From Pristiophorus japonicus (taxonomy: Eukaryota), in assembly GCF_044704955.1 (NCBI RefSeq), contig NC_091991.1, positions 21,328,001 through 21,392,000 on the forward strand: DNA of 64,000 nt, in the 5' to 3' direction. The translations under genes were made by a program, and so were the position numbers. Positions 39,369 through 52,234 of the stretch are shown here, piece after piece; positions within the stretch are counted from its first letter, which is position 1; each line of letters begins with the position of its first letter. The notes beneath the pieces are model-generated. The model did not search any database, was not told the origin of the DNA, and saw only the letters and a program-made list of their open reading frames with translations.

Positions 39369-42300
39369 TAGATAGGTTAAGCGAATAGGCTAAGGTTTGG
39401 CAGATGGAATACAATGTCGGAAAGTGTGAGGTCATCCACCTTTGAAAAAAATACAGTAAAAGGGAATATTATTTGAATGGGGAGAAATTACAACATGCTG
39501 CGGTGCAGAGGGACCTGAGGGTCCTTGTGCATGAAACTCTTTTTGGATCCTTGTGCATGAAACTCTTTTTGGAGTTCACCTGCAAAAACATAAAACATTA
39601 AACGGTGCCACCCGACCTGGGTGACACTCCAGACATTTACAAGGCCCTTTTTTTTCCCCCCTTTTTTTTTTTGTGTTTTTCTTTTTTTCGTTTTTTTTTT
39701 GGGCACTAAAATCACAATTTTCCCCAGTGCCCCCTATAAAAGGGAAGGGGGACACTAAAAGCACCGGCAATTAAAACAAATTAAACTTAAAAACGAAAAA
39801 ATCAAATTAAAATTTGGTTGCCGGGCGTGATGATGCACTCCAGTCCCTCCGGTGCCCACCTCTCGCGGAAGGCCGCGAGCGTACCGGTGGACACCGCGTG
39901 CTCCATCTCCAAGGATACCCTGGACCGGATGTAAGAGCGGAAGAGAGGCAGGCAGTCAGGTTGAACGACCCCCTCGACCGCCCGCTGCCTGGACCGGCTG
40001 ATGGCACCCTTGGCCGTGCCCAGGAGCAGTCCTACGAGGAGGCCTTCGGACCTACCCGCTCCCCTCCGCACAGGGTGCCCAAAGATCAGGAGAGTGGGAC
40101 TGAAGTGCAGCCAGAATTTCAGGGGCAGCCCCTTCAAATAGTGGAACAGGGGCTGCAACCTTGTGCATTCAATAAAAACATGGAACACGGACTCCTCCAG
40201 ACCGCAGAAATTGCAGGCGGCCTGGGAGTCCGTGAACCGGCTTAAAAATTTGTTGCACGGCACTGCTCCGTGCACCACCCTCCAGGCCAAGTCCCCGATG
40301 AATAGTGGGAGGACCCCTGCGTAGAGTGCCCTCCATCGGGGACCCCCGCCTCCTCCGGACGGCAAGATGGTACGCCATGGCGTGTCCGGACGGCCGGCGA
40401 GGATGGCAAAGTTGAGGGTGTGCAGGAGCAGCCCGTACAGGAAACCCCTCCGCACGGAACTGAAAGGCACGGAGGGGATTTCCCCGAGGCGGCTCAAGTT
40501 GTGAGGCGCCGGCCCCCGAGGGAGGTTCCGGGGTTTGGCGCCAATGAGGAATTCCGTCCGGAATCAGTTCGGACGGGATCTCCCCACGTGCTTGAGCCTC
40601 CTCGATGCACCTAACGGAGTCAGGGCCCAGAGCTGTTTTTAGCGACTCGATGGCATCGGCCGCGTGGCGGACGTTGGCAGAATTTAGGCGCCGCGCCAGC
40701 GTGTCTGGCGCCATCCAGCCCGCTCCTCCGCCATCGAGCAGGTCCCTGACCCTGGTCACCTCACCAGCCACAGCCCTCTCTTCCGACCGCCACATAAAAC
40801 CTCAGCCGTGGAGGTACGGATTCCCGAGCTGCGGTTCCTGCAGGACGGCCGCCACTCCAGCCGGCGGAGAGCTGCGCTTGGTGGAGACTTTGTTCCAGAC
40901 CCTGATGAGTTCCCTGTAAAAGACAGGCAGCTCCCGGAGGGCGGTCCTGGCACCCCCCAAGTTCACAAACAGGAGCTGCGTGTCATAATTGAGGTCGCGC
41001 TGCTGGCGGAAGAAATACCTCGCCAGAGCGCACCACCTAGGAGGGGGCTCGACGTAAAGGTATCTCTGCAGGGTCTGAAGACGGAAAGTCGCGAGCTGGG
41101 CGCTGACGCACACCAACGACTGACCGCCCTCCTCAAGCGGGAGACTCAAGACCGCGGCAGAGACCCAGTGCTTTCTGTTGTTCCAGAAGAAGTCCACCAG
41201 CTTCTTCTGTATCTTGGCGACAAACGCAGGGGGAGGGGTCAAAGTGACCAGCCGGTACCACAGCATTGCGGCCACCAGCTGGTTTATGACTAGCGCTCGA
41301 CCCCTGTAGGACAGCACTCGGAGCAGTCCTGTCCAGCGCCCTAGGCGAGCGGCGACCTTGGCCTCCAGCTCCTGCCAGTTCGCCGGCCAGGCTCCCTCGT
41401 CGGGGCTAAGGTAGACTCCCAGATAGAGGAGATGGGTCGTGCTCCAGGCAAAAGGCCTGAGCTCCTCCGGCAGGGAGTCCACCCGCCACTGACCCACCAG
41501 GAGTCCGGAACATTTCTCCCAGTTGATTCTGGCGGAGGACGCGGCCGAGTAAATCTCCTGGCACTCACGCATCCTCCGCAGGTCAGCGGGATCCTCTACC
41601 GCGAGGAGCACGTCATCGGCGTAAGCCGAGAGGACGACCTCCACGCCCGGCCCTTGCAGAGCCAGTCCCGTCAACCTCGTCCGCAAGAGGCGCAGGAAAG
41701 GCTCCACGCAAACGGCGTATAACTGGCCGGACATGGGGCATCCCTGGCGCACCCCTCTCCTAAAGCGAAGGGGCGCCGTCAAGGACCCGTTAACCTTAAT
41801 CAGACACTCCGCGGCGGCGTACAAAAGTCGGATCCGGGCGACGAAATGCGTCCCGAACCCGAAAGCGCGTAGAGTTCCGAGCAGATAGTCGTGATCCACC
41901 CTGTCGAACGCCTTCTCTTGGTCGAGGGATAGGAAGGCGACCGACAGACCAGCCTCCTGGGAACAATGGATGAGGTCCCGGACCAGATGGATGTTATCGT
42001 GGATTGTCCGGCCCTAAAGGAGTGTGATTATCAGCTGTGATAACCGAATTGTTAAACTGTTGTGTTTCAAGCTACATTGACGTTGCCTGTGTCCGTGTAC
42101 ATCCATATCGCAGCGCTCCTTGTGCATGAATCCCAAAAAAAGTTAGTTTGCAGGTGCAGCAGATAATCAGAAAGGCGAATGGAATGTTGGCCTTCATTGC
42201 GAGAGGGATGGAGTACAAAAGCAGGGAGGTCCTGCTGCAACTGTATAGGGTATTGGTAAGGCCGCACCTGGAGTACTGCGTGCAGTTTTGCTCACCTTAC

Positions 42301-42845
42301 TTAAGGAAGGATATACTGGCTTTGAAGGGGGTACAGAGACGATTCACTAGGCTGATTCCGGAGATGAGGGGGTTACCTTATGATGATAGATTGAGTAGAC
42401 TGGGTCTTTACTCGTTGGAGTTCAGAAGGATGAGGGGTGATCTTATAGAAACATTTAAAATCATGAAAGGGATAGACAAGATAGAGGCGGAGAGGTTGTT
42501 TCCACTGGTCGGGGAGACTAAAACTAGGGGGCACAGCCTCAAAATACGGGGGAGCCAATTTAAAACCGAGTTGAGAAGGAATTTCTTCTCCCAGAGGGTT
42601 GTGAATCTGTGGAATTCTCTGCCCAAGGAAGCAGTTGAGGCTAGCTCATTGAATGTATTCAAATCACAGATAGATAGATTTTTAACCAATAAGGGAATTA
42701 AGGGTTACGGGGAGCGGGCGGGTAAGTGGAGCTGAGTCCACGGCCAGATCAGCCATGATCTTGTTGAATGGCGGAGCAGGCTCGAGAGGCTAGATGGCCT
42801 ACTCCTGTTCCTAATTCTTATGTTCTTATGTTCTTATGTTCTTAT
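39369..42845 (+). mobile_element. Young CR1 3' fragment (39369-39535 and 42117-42845) interrupted by Tx1
   Basis: Same subfamily as 58516-60434; (CTTATGTT)4 tail. Confidence 0.9.
39536..42116 (-). mobile_element. Tx1-clade (L1 group) LINE, 5'-truncated, young
   Basis: GRTIHDNI, SLDQEKAFDRVDH, GVRQGCPMSG, AYADD, YLGVYL, and C-terminal CNFCGLEESVFHVFIEC zinc knuckle. CpG-rich; 14-bp TSD TCCTTGTGCATGAA. Confidence 0.93.
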
Positions 42846-44829
42846 GTAAAATTAAAAAGGATATTAGGAATGCTAAGAGAGAGCACAAGAAATTCTTGGC
42901 CAGTAAAATTAAGGAAAACCCTAAGATGTTCTATAAATATATTAAGAGTAAGAGGGTTACTAAAGAAAGGGTCGGGCCTATTAGGGACCATGAGGGTAAT
43001 CTTTGTATGGAGGCGGTAGATGTGGGTATGGTTCTTAATTAATACTTTGCGTCTTTTTTCACAAAGGAAAGGGGCAAAGATACTGCTATCGAGGAGGAAT
43101 GTGAAATTCTGGATGAAATAAACATAGTGAGAGAGAAGTATTAAGGAGTTTAGCAGCTTTGAATGTGGATAAGTCCCCAGGCCCAGATGGAATGCATCCC
43201 AGGCTGTTGACGAAGCAAAAGAGGAAATAGCAGAGGCCTTGACCATTATTTTCCAGTCCTCTTTGGATCTGGGCATGGTGCCGGAGGATTGGAGGACTGC
43301 TAATGTCGTACCCTTGTTTAAGAAGGGAGAAAAGAATAGGCTGAGTAATTACAGATCTGTCAGCCTAACCTCAGTGGTAGGAAAATTATTGGAAAAAATC
43401 CTGAAGAATAGGATAAATCTACATTTAAGAAGGCAAGGATCAATCAGGGACAGTCAGCACGGATCGTGTTTGACTAACCCGATTGAATTTTTTGAGGAGG
43501 TAACCAAGAGGGTCGATGAGGGTAGTGCGTACAATGTAGTATATATGGACTTTAGAAAGGCTTTTGATAAGGTCCCACATGATAGATTGGTCATGAAGGC
43601 TGGGGCCCATGGGATACAGGGCAAAGTGGCAAGTTGGATCCAAAATTGGCTTGGAGGTAGGAAGCAAAGGGTAATGATTGCTGGATGTTTTTGTGACTAG
43701 AAGAATATTTCCAGTGGGGTTCCGCAGGGCTCAGTACTGGATCCCTTGCTTTTTGTGGAATATATCAATGATTTAGATTTGAATATAAGGAGTATGATTA
43801 AGAAGTTTGCAGACGACACTAAAATTGTCTGTGTGATTGATAATGAAGAAGAAAGTCATGGGCTGCAGGAGGATATCAATCTACTGGTCAGGTGGGCAGA
43901 GCAGTGGCAAATGGAATTTAATTCAGAGAAGTGTGAGGTGATGCACTTTTGGAGGGCTAATAAAGAATGGGTATACACATTAAGCGGTAGGCCACTTAAT
44001 AGTGTAGATGAACAAAGGGATCTTGGAGTGCTTGTCCACAGATCCCTGAAAGTAGCAGGCCAGGTGGATAAGGTGGTTAAGAAGGCATACAGATTGCTTG
44101 CCTTTATTGGCCGAGGCATAGAATATAAGAGCAGGGAGGTTGTGCTTAAATTGTATAATACTTTGGTTAGGCCACAGCTGGAATACTGCGTGCAGTTCTG
44201 GTCATGATAGGAAGGACGTGATTGCACTAGAGAGGGTGCCGAGGAGATTTACTGGGATACTGCCTGAAATGGAGAATCTTCGTTATGAGGACAGATTGGA
44301 TAGGCTCCATTCCTCATTGGAACAGAGGAGGTTGAGAGGAAACCTCATTGATATGTATAAAATATTGAGGGGCCTGGTCATAGTGGATAGTAAGAGTCTA
44401 TTTCCATTGTTGGAAGGGTCTTTTACGAGGGGGCATAGTTTTAAGATGGTTTAGAGGGGACTTGAGGGGGGGGGGGGCTTCTTTATGCAGAGGGTTGTGG
44501 GAATCTGGAACTCGCTGCCTGGAAGAGTGGTGGATGCAGAAACCCTCATCACTTTTAAGAGATGGTTGGATGGGCACTTAAAGTGCAGTAACCTGTAGGG
44601 TTATGGACCTAGAGCTGGTAATTGGGATTAGACTGGATGACCTTTTGTTGGACTGCGCAGATATAATGGTAAGTACTGGAGGGAATAGAATACGGCCAGG
44701 GTGATCTCCTGGACTAGTTTCGATCGCTTGGATGGGTTGGAGAGGAATTTTCCCAGAATTTTTCTCCCTAAATTGGCCTGGATTTTTATCTGTTTTTTTG
44801 CCTCTCCCAGGAGATCATATGGCTCCGTT

Positions 44830-45415
44830 TGGGGTGGATCTGGCCTGGAGACATCGAAGGTTGAACAGGTTCCCACTGCTTCTGTAGTTTAGTTCCACTC
44901 CAGCGGGGAGCGTGTTGAGTGTGAGGTGGAGCATTGCAGCGAGGAAGATCGAAAAGAGGGTTGGCGCGATGACGCAGCCCTGCTTGACCCCGGTCTGGAT
45001 GTGGATTGGGTCTGTGATGATCCATTGGTCAGGATCACGGCTTGCATGTCATCGTGGAGCAGGCGGAGGAAGGTGACAAACTTTTGAGGGCAACTGAAAT
45101 GGAGGAGGACGCTCCATAGTCCTTCGTGGTTGACAGTGTCAAAGGCCTTTGTAAGGTCAAAGAAGGCCATGTACAAGGGTTGGTGCTGTTCCCTGCATTT
45201 GTCTTGCAGCTGTCGCGCCGTAAAAATCCTGTCCGTTGTACCCCGTAGTGGATGAAATCTGCACTGTGACTCCGGGAGGAGCTCCTCAGCCACAGAGAGA
45301 AGACAGTTGAGGAGGATTCTAGCGACGATTTTCCCAGTGGCTGATAACAGAGAGATTTCTCTGTAGTTGCTGCAGTCGGACCTGTCCCCTTTTTTAAAGC
45401 TGGTCACGATCACTG
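44830..45415 (-). mobile_element. RTE LINE internal RT fragment
   Basis: NYREISLLS, FFDLTKAFDTVN motifs. Confidence 0.85.
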
Positions 45416-45466
45416 CGGTCGATCGGTAAGGGATATAGGTACTTCCTATCTACTCTATTTAGGCCC

Positions 45467-48034
45467 TATTGTGTATGCAAGCACTCTCTTAATAACTCCA
45501 CAAGGCAGGGGTATGGAACTGTATTGACTGTAGTCCTTTATTGCAGCTCCGAGAGTGAGTACACCAAGAGGTGAGCTCCCTTTTATACTGGGTTACCTGC
45601 AGTGTACAGGTGACCCTTAGGTCTCCAGCAGCAGTACCCTCTGGTGTACAGGTATGGCATATATAGGGCGAAGGTGCATTCAGGTCTAGTGTTAAAGTAC
45701 AACATTAACATGCATACATAACAACAATCCCCCCAAGCCTTTCCTAAGTCCTTATTGCCATGACATTAACATTATACCTGTAGAACCCGGTATCATTTAT
45801 CATTCTATCTTTAGCATACATGACACATTGGCTCCAATCGCAATTAGTCGACTCGACATTGTTATCTCTCTTTACATTTTAACAGTTTGCATTTACAACG
45901 CTTTCTTGTGTATCGGTATCTCTGTACAGGGTTACATTTATCACATCAGCATTTCTGGCATCACTGTTCAATGGTACAAACTTGTTATTTACATCACTTT
46001 TTGAAGCATTTGTTACATTTCTCCCCTTAGCCTTGCCGGCATCACCATTTAACATTACATTTGTATACCTGCATTCATTTACTGTAATTTCATCTTTAAT
46101 ATCACGGGCATCGCTGTGCCTAGAGTGGAACTGTCCCTTTAATTGTTTTGGGTTGCCGGTCTCCTTTAAGAGGGCCTTGCAATATTTACCCCAGTCCGGT
46201 TCGCCACTCGGTAACACGTGTTGCTCCCTCAACGCTGCCCCTCGTGGTCTGGTCGCGGCCATCTTGATTCCAGGTGCTTCACCTTGTGGTGCGGGCACCA
46301 TCTTCTCTCTCCCCGCGCGAGGTAGGCTGTGGTGATCCTTTTCTCCCCAGGTTCTGCCATGGACGCCGGAAATCTACCTTCTGCGCTGACCTTCTTCCCA
46401 CAGAATCCTGCCATGGCCCGGAAGGTGAGGGCTGGTCGTTCAGGTAGATCATTGCGCCGCAGAGTTGTGCAGTCTGTGTTGTCGCCACGCAGCCGAGCTG
46501 GACGGTGGGATTTCCAGGTGCTGCGATGGATCCAAGTAGGGTGTCGATCGCCGGGGCCCGGAGGCCTTCATCGCTCCGACCGATTTGGACTTGCTTCATC
46601 CATCTTCTGCCCAGCACCGTTGGACCATCACCAGCAACGATCCACAGGGGAAGCTTGTGCATCGCGCCGCCATGGGACACCTGGACGTCCACGCTGCCAA
46701 TGACTGGGATGGTGCCTTTTGTGTAGGTGAGCAGCTTTGCCTGGATTGGGGACATTTTTGGTCATTCGGCGGGATTGTCCCAGAGTTTCTCAATGACTGG
46801 CTCGCCCCTGTGTAGATCTCCATCGAGACTGGAACCCTGTTGATTTCCACTTCCATTTTCCACGGGGTACTCTCGGTGGAGCAGGTATATATTCCGTACT
46901 CTTCTTCCAGGGTCTGAGCAGCTCCATCTTCATCAGTGTCGGAGCCCAGGTGATCGGCCAACTCTTCAGCGACTCGGTGAGTAAAACTTTTTCTACACAT
47001 TTGCTGAAAGTGAACTCTGGTGTTGCAGCCTTTGCAGGTATAGTCTTTGTATCGGCACTGGTGGGCCCTGTGGTTTCCTCCACAGTGCCAGCACGGGGCT
47101 AGCCGGTTGGCCCCATGTGGCGGACTCAGGGTTGCGGGTCTCGAGGCAGCATTCTTGCCTCTGAAAGTCGCCATTCTGTTCACTGTGCTTGTCGGCTTAG
47201 AGTCCTGGGTGTGGGTCATCATCCGAAATCATGAAAGCCTGGCTCACTTTGATTGCCTTCTGCAGGGTGACCGTAGTGCCTGCAGAGAGCAGTTTATGGA
47301 GGAGGCACTCATGGCCGATTCCAATAACGAAGATGTCCCTTAGTGCTTCGGTGAGATGGTCGCCAAAATCACATGGTGCAGCCAATCTTCTCAGGTCTGC
47401 AGCATATTTAGCAATTTCTTGGCCTTCGGGCCGCCAGTGAGTGTAAAACCGGTGCCTGGCTGTGAGGATGCTCTTTTTGGGTTTAAGTTGTTTGTATTAA
47501 CGTTATGAGCTCCGCATAGCTCTTGGTTGTCGTCTTCACTGGGGCTAGCAGGTCCCTGACGAGGCCGTGGATAGTGGGCCCACAACTGCTGAGCAGGATG
47601 GCCCTGCGCTTGTTCGCCAGTGAGATCGGTGAGTCCCCAGCCAGGTTGTTCGCAATGAAAAAGTGTTTTAACCTTTCCACAAAGGCATCCCAATCTTCTC
47701 CATCAGCGAATTGTTGGAAGTTGCTTAGATTAGACATGTTGTGCGTGGAAATTCGTAACCTCGTCGCCAGTTATTGTGTATGCAAGCACTCTCTTAATGA
47801 CTCCACAAGGCAGGGGTATGGCACTTGAACTGTACAGACTGTAGTCCTTTATTGCAGCTCCTAGGGTGAGTACACCAAGAGGTGAGCTCCCTTTTATACT
47901 GGGTTACCTGCAGTGTACAAGTGATCCTTAGGTCTCCAGCAGCAGCACCCTCTGGTGTACAGGTATGGCATATACAGGGTGAAGGTACATTCAGGTCTAG
48001 TGTTACAGTACAACATTAACATGCATACATAACA
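45467..48034 (-). mobile_element. Non-autonomous Gypsy LTR element (gag + protease only) with both LTRs
   Basis: LTRs 47772-48034 and 45467-45723; TSD GGCCC; PBS TGGCGACGAGG (tRNA-Ser(GCT)-like); G-rich PPT; gag EDWDAFVERL, CWHCGGNHRAHQC; protease MEIYTGAS and LGRRW; no RT/RNaseH/IN. Confidence 0.9.
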
Positions 48035-49420
48035 GGCCCCTCATAATTTTATACATCTCAATTAGATCTCCCGTCAGCCTCCTCGGTTCCAAAGAAAACA
48101 ACCCCAATCATTCCTCAGAGTTCAAATTTGCCAGTCCAGGAAACATCCTTATAAATCTCCTCTATACCCTCTCTAGTGCAATCACATCTTTCCTGTAATG
48201 TGGTGACCAGAACTGCACGTAGTACTCGAGTTGTGGCCTAACTAGTGTTTTATACATTTTAAGCATAACCTCCCTGCTCTTATATTCTATGCTTCGGCTA
48301 AAAAAGGCAAATATCCTGTATGCCTTCTTAACCACCTTATCTACCTGTCCTGCTACCTTCAGGGATCTCTGGACATATACTCCAAGGTTCCTTTGTTCCT
48401 TTACACTTCTCAGTGTCCTACCATTTATTGTGTATTCCCTTGTCTTACTAGCCCTCCCCAAATGCATTACATCACATTTCTCCAGATTGAATTCCATTTG
48501 CCACTGTTCTTCCCACCTGATCAGTCCATTCATACCTTCCTGCAGTCTACAGCTTTCTTCTTCATTATCAGCCACACGGCCAATTTTTGTATCATCTGCA
48601 AACTTCTTAATCATACCCCTTACATTCAAGTCTAAATCTCTGATATATACCACAAAAAGCAAGGGATCTTGTACTGAGCCCTGAGGAATCCCACTGGAAA
48701 CATCCTTCCAGTCACAAAAACATCCATCAACCAATACCCTTTGCTTTCTGCCACTGAGCCAGTTTTGGATCCAACTTTCCACTTTGCTCTGGATCCCATG
48801 GGATTTTACTTTCGTGACCAGTCTGCAATGTGGGACCTTATCAAAAGCTTTGCTAAAATCCATACACATGACATCAAATGTACTACCTTCATCGACCCTC
48901 CTTAGTTATCTCCTCAAAAAATTCAATCAACTTAGTCAGACATGACCTCTCCTGAACAACTCCATGCTGACTGTCCTTGATTAATCTGTGTCTTTCTAAA
49001 TTAAGATTTATCCTGACCCTCGGAATTTTTTCCAATAATTTTCCCACCACCGAGGCTGACTAGCCTGTAATTACTCGGTCTATCCCTTTCTCCCTTTTTA
49101 AATAAAGGTACAATATTAGTAGTCTTCCAGTCCTCCGGTACCACACCGGTAGCCAGAGAGGATTGGAAAATGATGGTCAGAGCCTCTGCTGTTTCCTCTC
49201 TTGCTTCTCTTAACAACCTGGGATACATTTCATCTGGACCTGGAGATTTATCCATTTTCAAAGATGCTAAACCCTTTAATACTTCCTCTTTCACTATGTT
49301 TATTTCATTGAATATTTCACACTCCTCCTCCCTGATTGCAGTGTCTGCATCGTCCCTCTCTTTTGTGAAAACAGATGCAAAGTATTCATTAAGAACCATA
49401 CCCATGGTCTTCCACCTCCA
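48035..49420 (-). mobile_element. CR1 RT fragment (continues at 45440-45466 across the LTR insertion)
   Basis: DFSKAFDKVPH, KFADD, RPQLEYYVQFWSP. Confidence 0.88.
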
Positions 49421-49779
49421 CACACAGGCTACCTTTATGGTAGCCGGCAGCCGATTTGCACACAGCAAGATCCCACAAACAGCAATGAGATAAATGAATA
49501 GACCATCTGTTTTTAGACGCTGTTTGAAGGATATATGTTGACAAGGACATCGGGTGAAGTTTCAATGAGCCATGTGCCGCAGAATAACCCACCAGAAAAC
49601 CACTGTACAGGGCAAATGTGCGAATCAACTCTGAACTCATTTTTCTGCTCCCATTTGGACCCCTGGTGAAGGGAAGCAGTATTTTTTCTGGAGAGAGGAA
49701 TCGTTAAAACTGAAACAATATAGATGGCCCTCCATAGTCCCAATGCGAATGGATTAATTTTGAAGCGTAGTCACTGTTG

Positions 49780-50180
49780 ATATCATCATAGCCAGTCCCT
49801 CGGAATCGAGGAAGACTTGCTTCTACTCTTAAAAATGAGTTCTTAGGTGACTGAACAGTCCACTACAAGAACTACAGTCCCTGTCACAGGTGGGGCAGAT
49901 AGTCGTTGAGGGAAAGGGTGGCTGGGACAGGTTTGCCGCATGCTCTTTCCGCTGCCTGCACTTGATTTCTGCATGCTCTCAGCGATGAGACTCGAGGTGC
50001 TCAGTGCCCTCCCGGATGCTCTTCCTCCACTTAGGGCAGTCTTTGGCCAGGGATTCCCAGGTGTCGGTGGGGATGTTGCACTTTATCAGGGAGGCTTTGA
50101 GGGTGTCCTTGAAATGTTTCCTCTGCCCACTTTTGGCTCGTTTGCCGCGAAGGAGTTCCGAGTAGAGCGCTTGCTTTGTA
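49780..50180 (-). mobile_element. RTE LINE 3' fragment
   Basis: KQALYSELL..FKDTLKASL; CATCATAG.CAGTCCCTCGGAATCGAGG tail. Confidence 0.85.
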
Positions 50181-50334
50181 TCTAACAATGGTGGCAACCA
50201 ATTTGTGCACTCTCGGGTCCAGCAATAAGAGAATGGACAGTTAATCTGTTCTTGGTGGTGTTGGTTGAAAGATATATGTTGGTCAAGACCCTGGGCAAAT
50301 TCTTGCTCTTCTTTAATTAGCACCATGAATTCGG

Positions 50335-50760
50335 GTGTCAGCCTGCGCTCAGTGGCAGTCTCTGAGTTTGTAAGTCATAGCTTCAAGCATCACTCCAGAG
50401 GCTTGAGCACATAATCTAGGCTGACGCTTCAGTGCAGTACTGAGGGAGTACTCCTTTACCAGAGATGCCATCTTTTGGTTGAGATGTTAAACCGATCTCT
50501 GCTCTCTCAAGTTGGCACAAAAGATCCTATGGCAATATGCAAAGCAGAGCACAGGAGTTCTCCTGGTCCTGGTGTCCTAGCCAATATTTATCCCTCAACC
50601 AACATCACTAAAACATATTACCCAGTCATTTATCTCTCTCATTGGCATTTGTGGGACTTAGAACAGTGACTACACTACAAAAGAAACTGTGTCATTAACT
50701 GTGAAGCACTTTTGGGATGTCATGAAACTCGCGATACTCAAATGCAAATTCTTTCTTTGT
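50335..50760 (+). mobile_element. tRNA-headed SacSINE1-like SINE
   Basis: GCTCAGTGG..TTCAAG head, TCTAGGCTGAC..CAGTGCAGTACTGAGGGAG body, GCAAATTCTTTCTTT tail. Confidence 0.7.
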
Positions 50761-51786
50761 TTAGGATGGGATCTATAACATCCTTTTGCACAGTCAGATG
50801 GGCTTCAGTTTAGCATCACAATGTTTCAAAAGATGAATTGTTGCATAATATTTGGAGACTCCTTCTCAGAGAACTGTCTTGTTTTTGTTCAGGGGCAGTC
50901 ATCAGAACTACAGGCCCAGCTTCCCCCCAGTGGCTGGAGGATAACACTAATAAAACTGCATATGCTGTTCAATTTTCTTTTATCACAGGAGTCTAATGTA
51001 AATGATAATTTGGATGTTGAAGTTAATGAAACAGTCAGAGCAGATAAGGAACTATGCAAGTTGAGGTTAGTGAGAGTTTAATTTCACTTGAGGCTGCAAG
51101 GCTGAACTCAGGATGATGAAATGTTCAACTTTCTTTAAGTGTGATTGTTAAGGTTACTTTTCAGATCAGAAGTTACAGGCATTCATATTTCTGTTTTAAG
51201 ATATTGACACAAAAATTGCTGTCAAAATAATGGCGCGAGTAATAATGCTTGACGTTATTTATGTGCAAATGCCACAGGAACTTTAGGCGAGGGCAGATGC
51301 ACGATTAAACGTGGAAATTGAAAAGTCACTGTTGGAGATGTGCCGCTCCACTGTTACCTTTGCAAAAATATCATTGCGTTGTCTGGCTCCCCATTCAAAT
51401 GCATTGAACAGTGTTTAGTTCCTATACTTGCGCAGTAAACACAAAGTAAACTCGCCACAGAAAGTTAAGTCAAGTCATTTCATTCTAAGTACCCTTTTAA
51501 CAAAGGTTAAGTGTTAATTACTGCCAGTCAAACTCGTTGGCACTGAAAAATAACTATTACAAGTGTGGAGTCTCATTGCTTCAGGTTTAATTGTTTTGGG
51601 AGATTTATTTTAAAAATGTTTTTAAATTATTTATTTTTTTACTTTTTCTTTCAGTCTCTTATTTCTCTCTCTATTTTTCCCATCTTTCTTATCCTGCGCT
51701 GTTAATTTCACAATGCTTCAATCTGATTGATTAAGAAGATACACAGTTGCTTACCTTGTTCACTCATAACCCAGATGCCCTGTAGA

Positions 51787-52032
51787 TGTATTGGCACATG
51801 CGGCGGAGCCTGGTCTCTAGTCGTCTTGGATCCCCTTGTCACTGGACCAAGACCTTGCTCCGTCAAGCCCGTGTGGTGGCTGGTGTGCAATGGCCATCCC
51901 ACATTAAAAGAATTCACGCACAGGCACCTTCCACCGTTAAAAATGTGTTCATCAGTCACCTGAGTACTCATTTTCAGTGTGGAAGCAAGTCATCCTCGAT
52001 CCCGAGGGACTGCCTATGATGATGACGATGAT
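51787..52032 (+). mobile_element. RTE-related SINE
   Basis: (GAT)n tail; 13-bp TSD GATGCCCTGTAGA at 51774 and 52033. Confidence 0.82.
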
Positions 52033-52143
52033 GATGCCCTGTAGAGAGTGCTGTGCCATTTCCATCATGCATTTCCATCAGCTTGCAGCGTAAAATATCA
52101 TCAACATTAAATGGGCAAGGACAAATCTAACTGACAGTGAGCC

Positions 52144-52234
52144 CAATGTTCCTGTTTAGCTGCACAGAAGTTTGAATGGGTTGTGCAGCCCCTTAAAGGG
52201 GTCATGCACCCAATAAAAATTATAAGGAACATTG
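52144..52234. mobile_element. 91-bp hAT-like MITE
   Basis: TIRs CAATGTTCCT / AGGAACATTG; imperfect 8-bp TSD AGTGAGCC / AGTGGGCA. Confidence 0.55.

Larger units (their letters stand above)
37965..44830 (+). mobile_element. Older long CR1 LINE (ORF1 esterase, APE, RT; parts 37965-39368 and 42846-44830) hosting a younger CR1 and a Tx1
   Basis: [39 protein letters not shown] motifs with many stops. GTAAAATT duplicated at 39361 and 42846. Confidence 0.88.
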
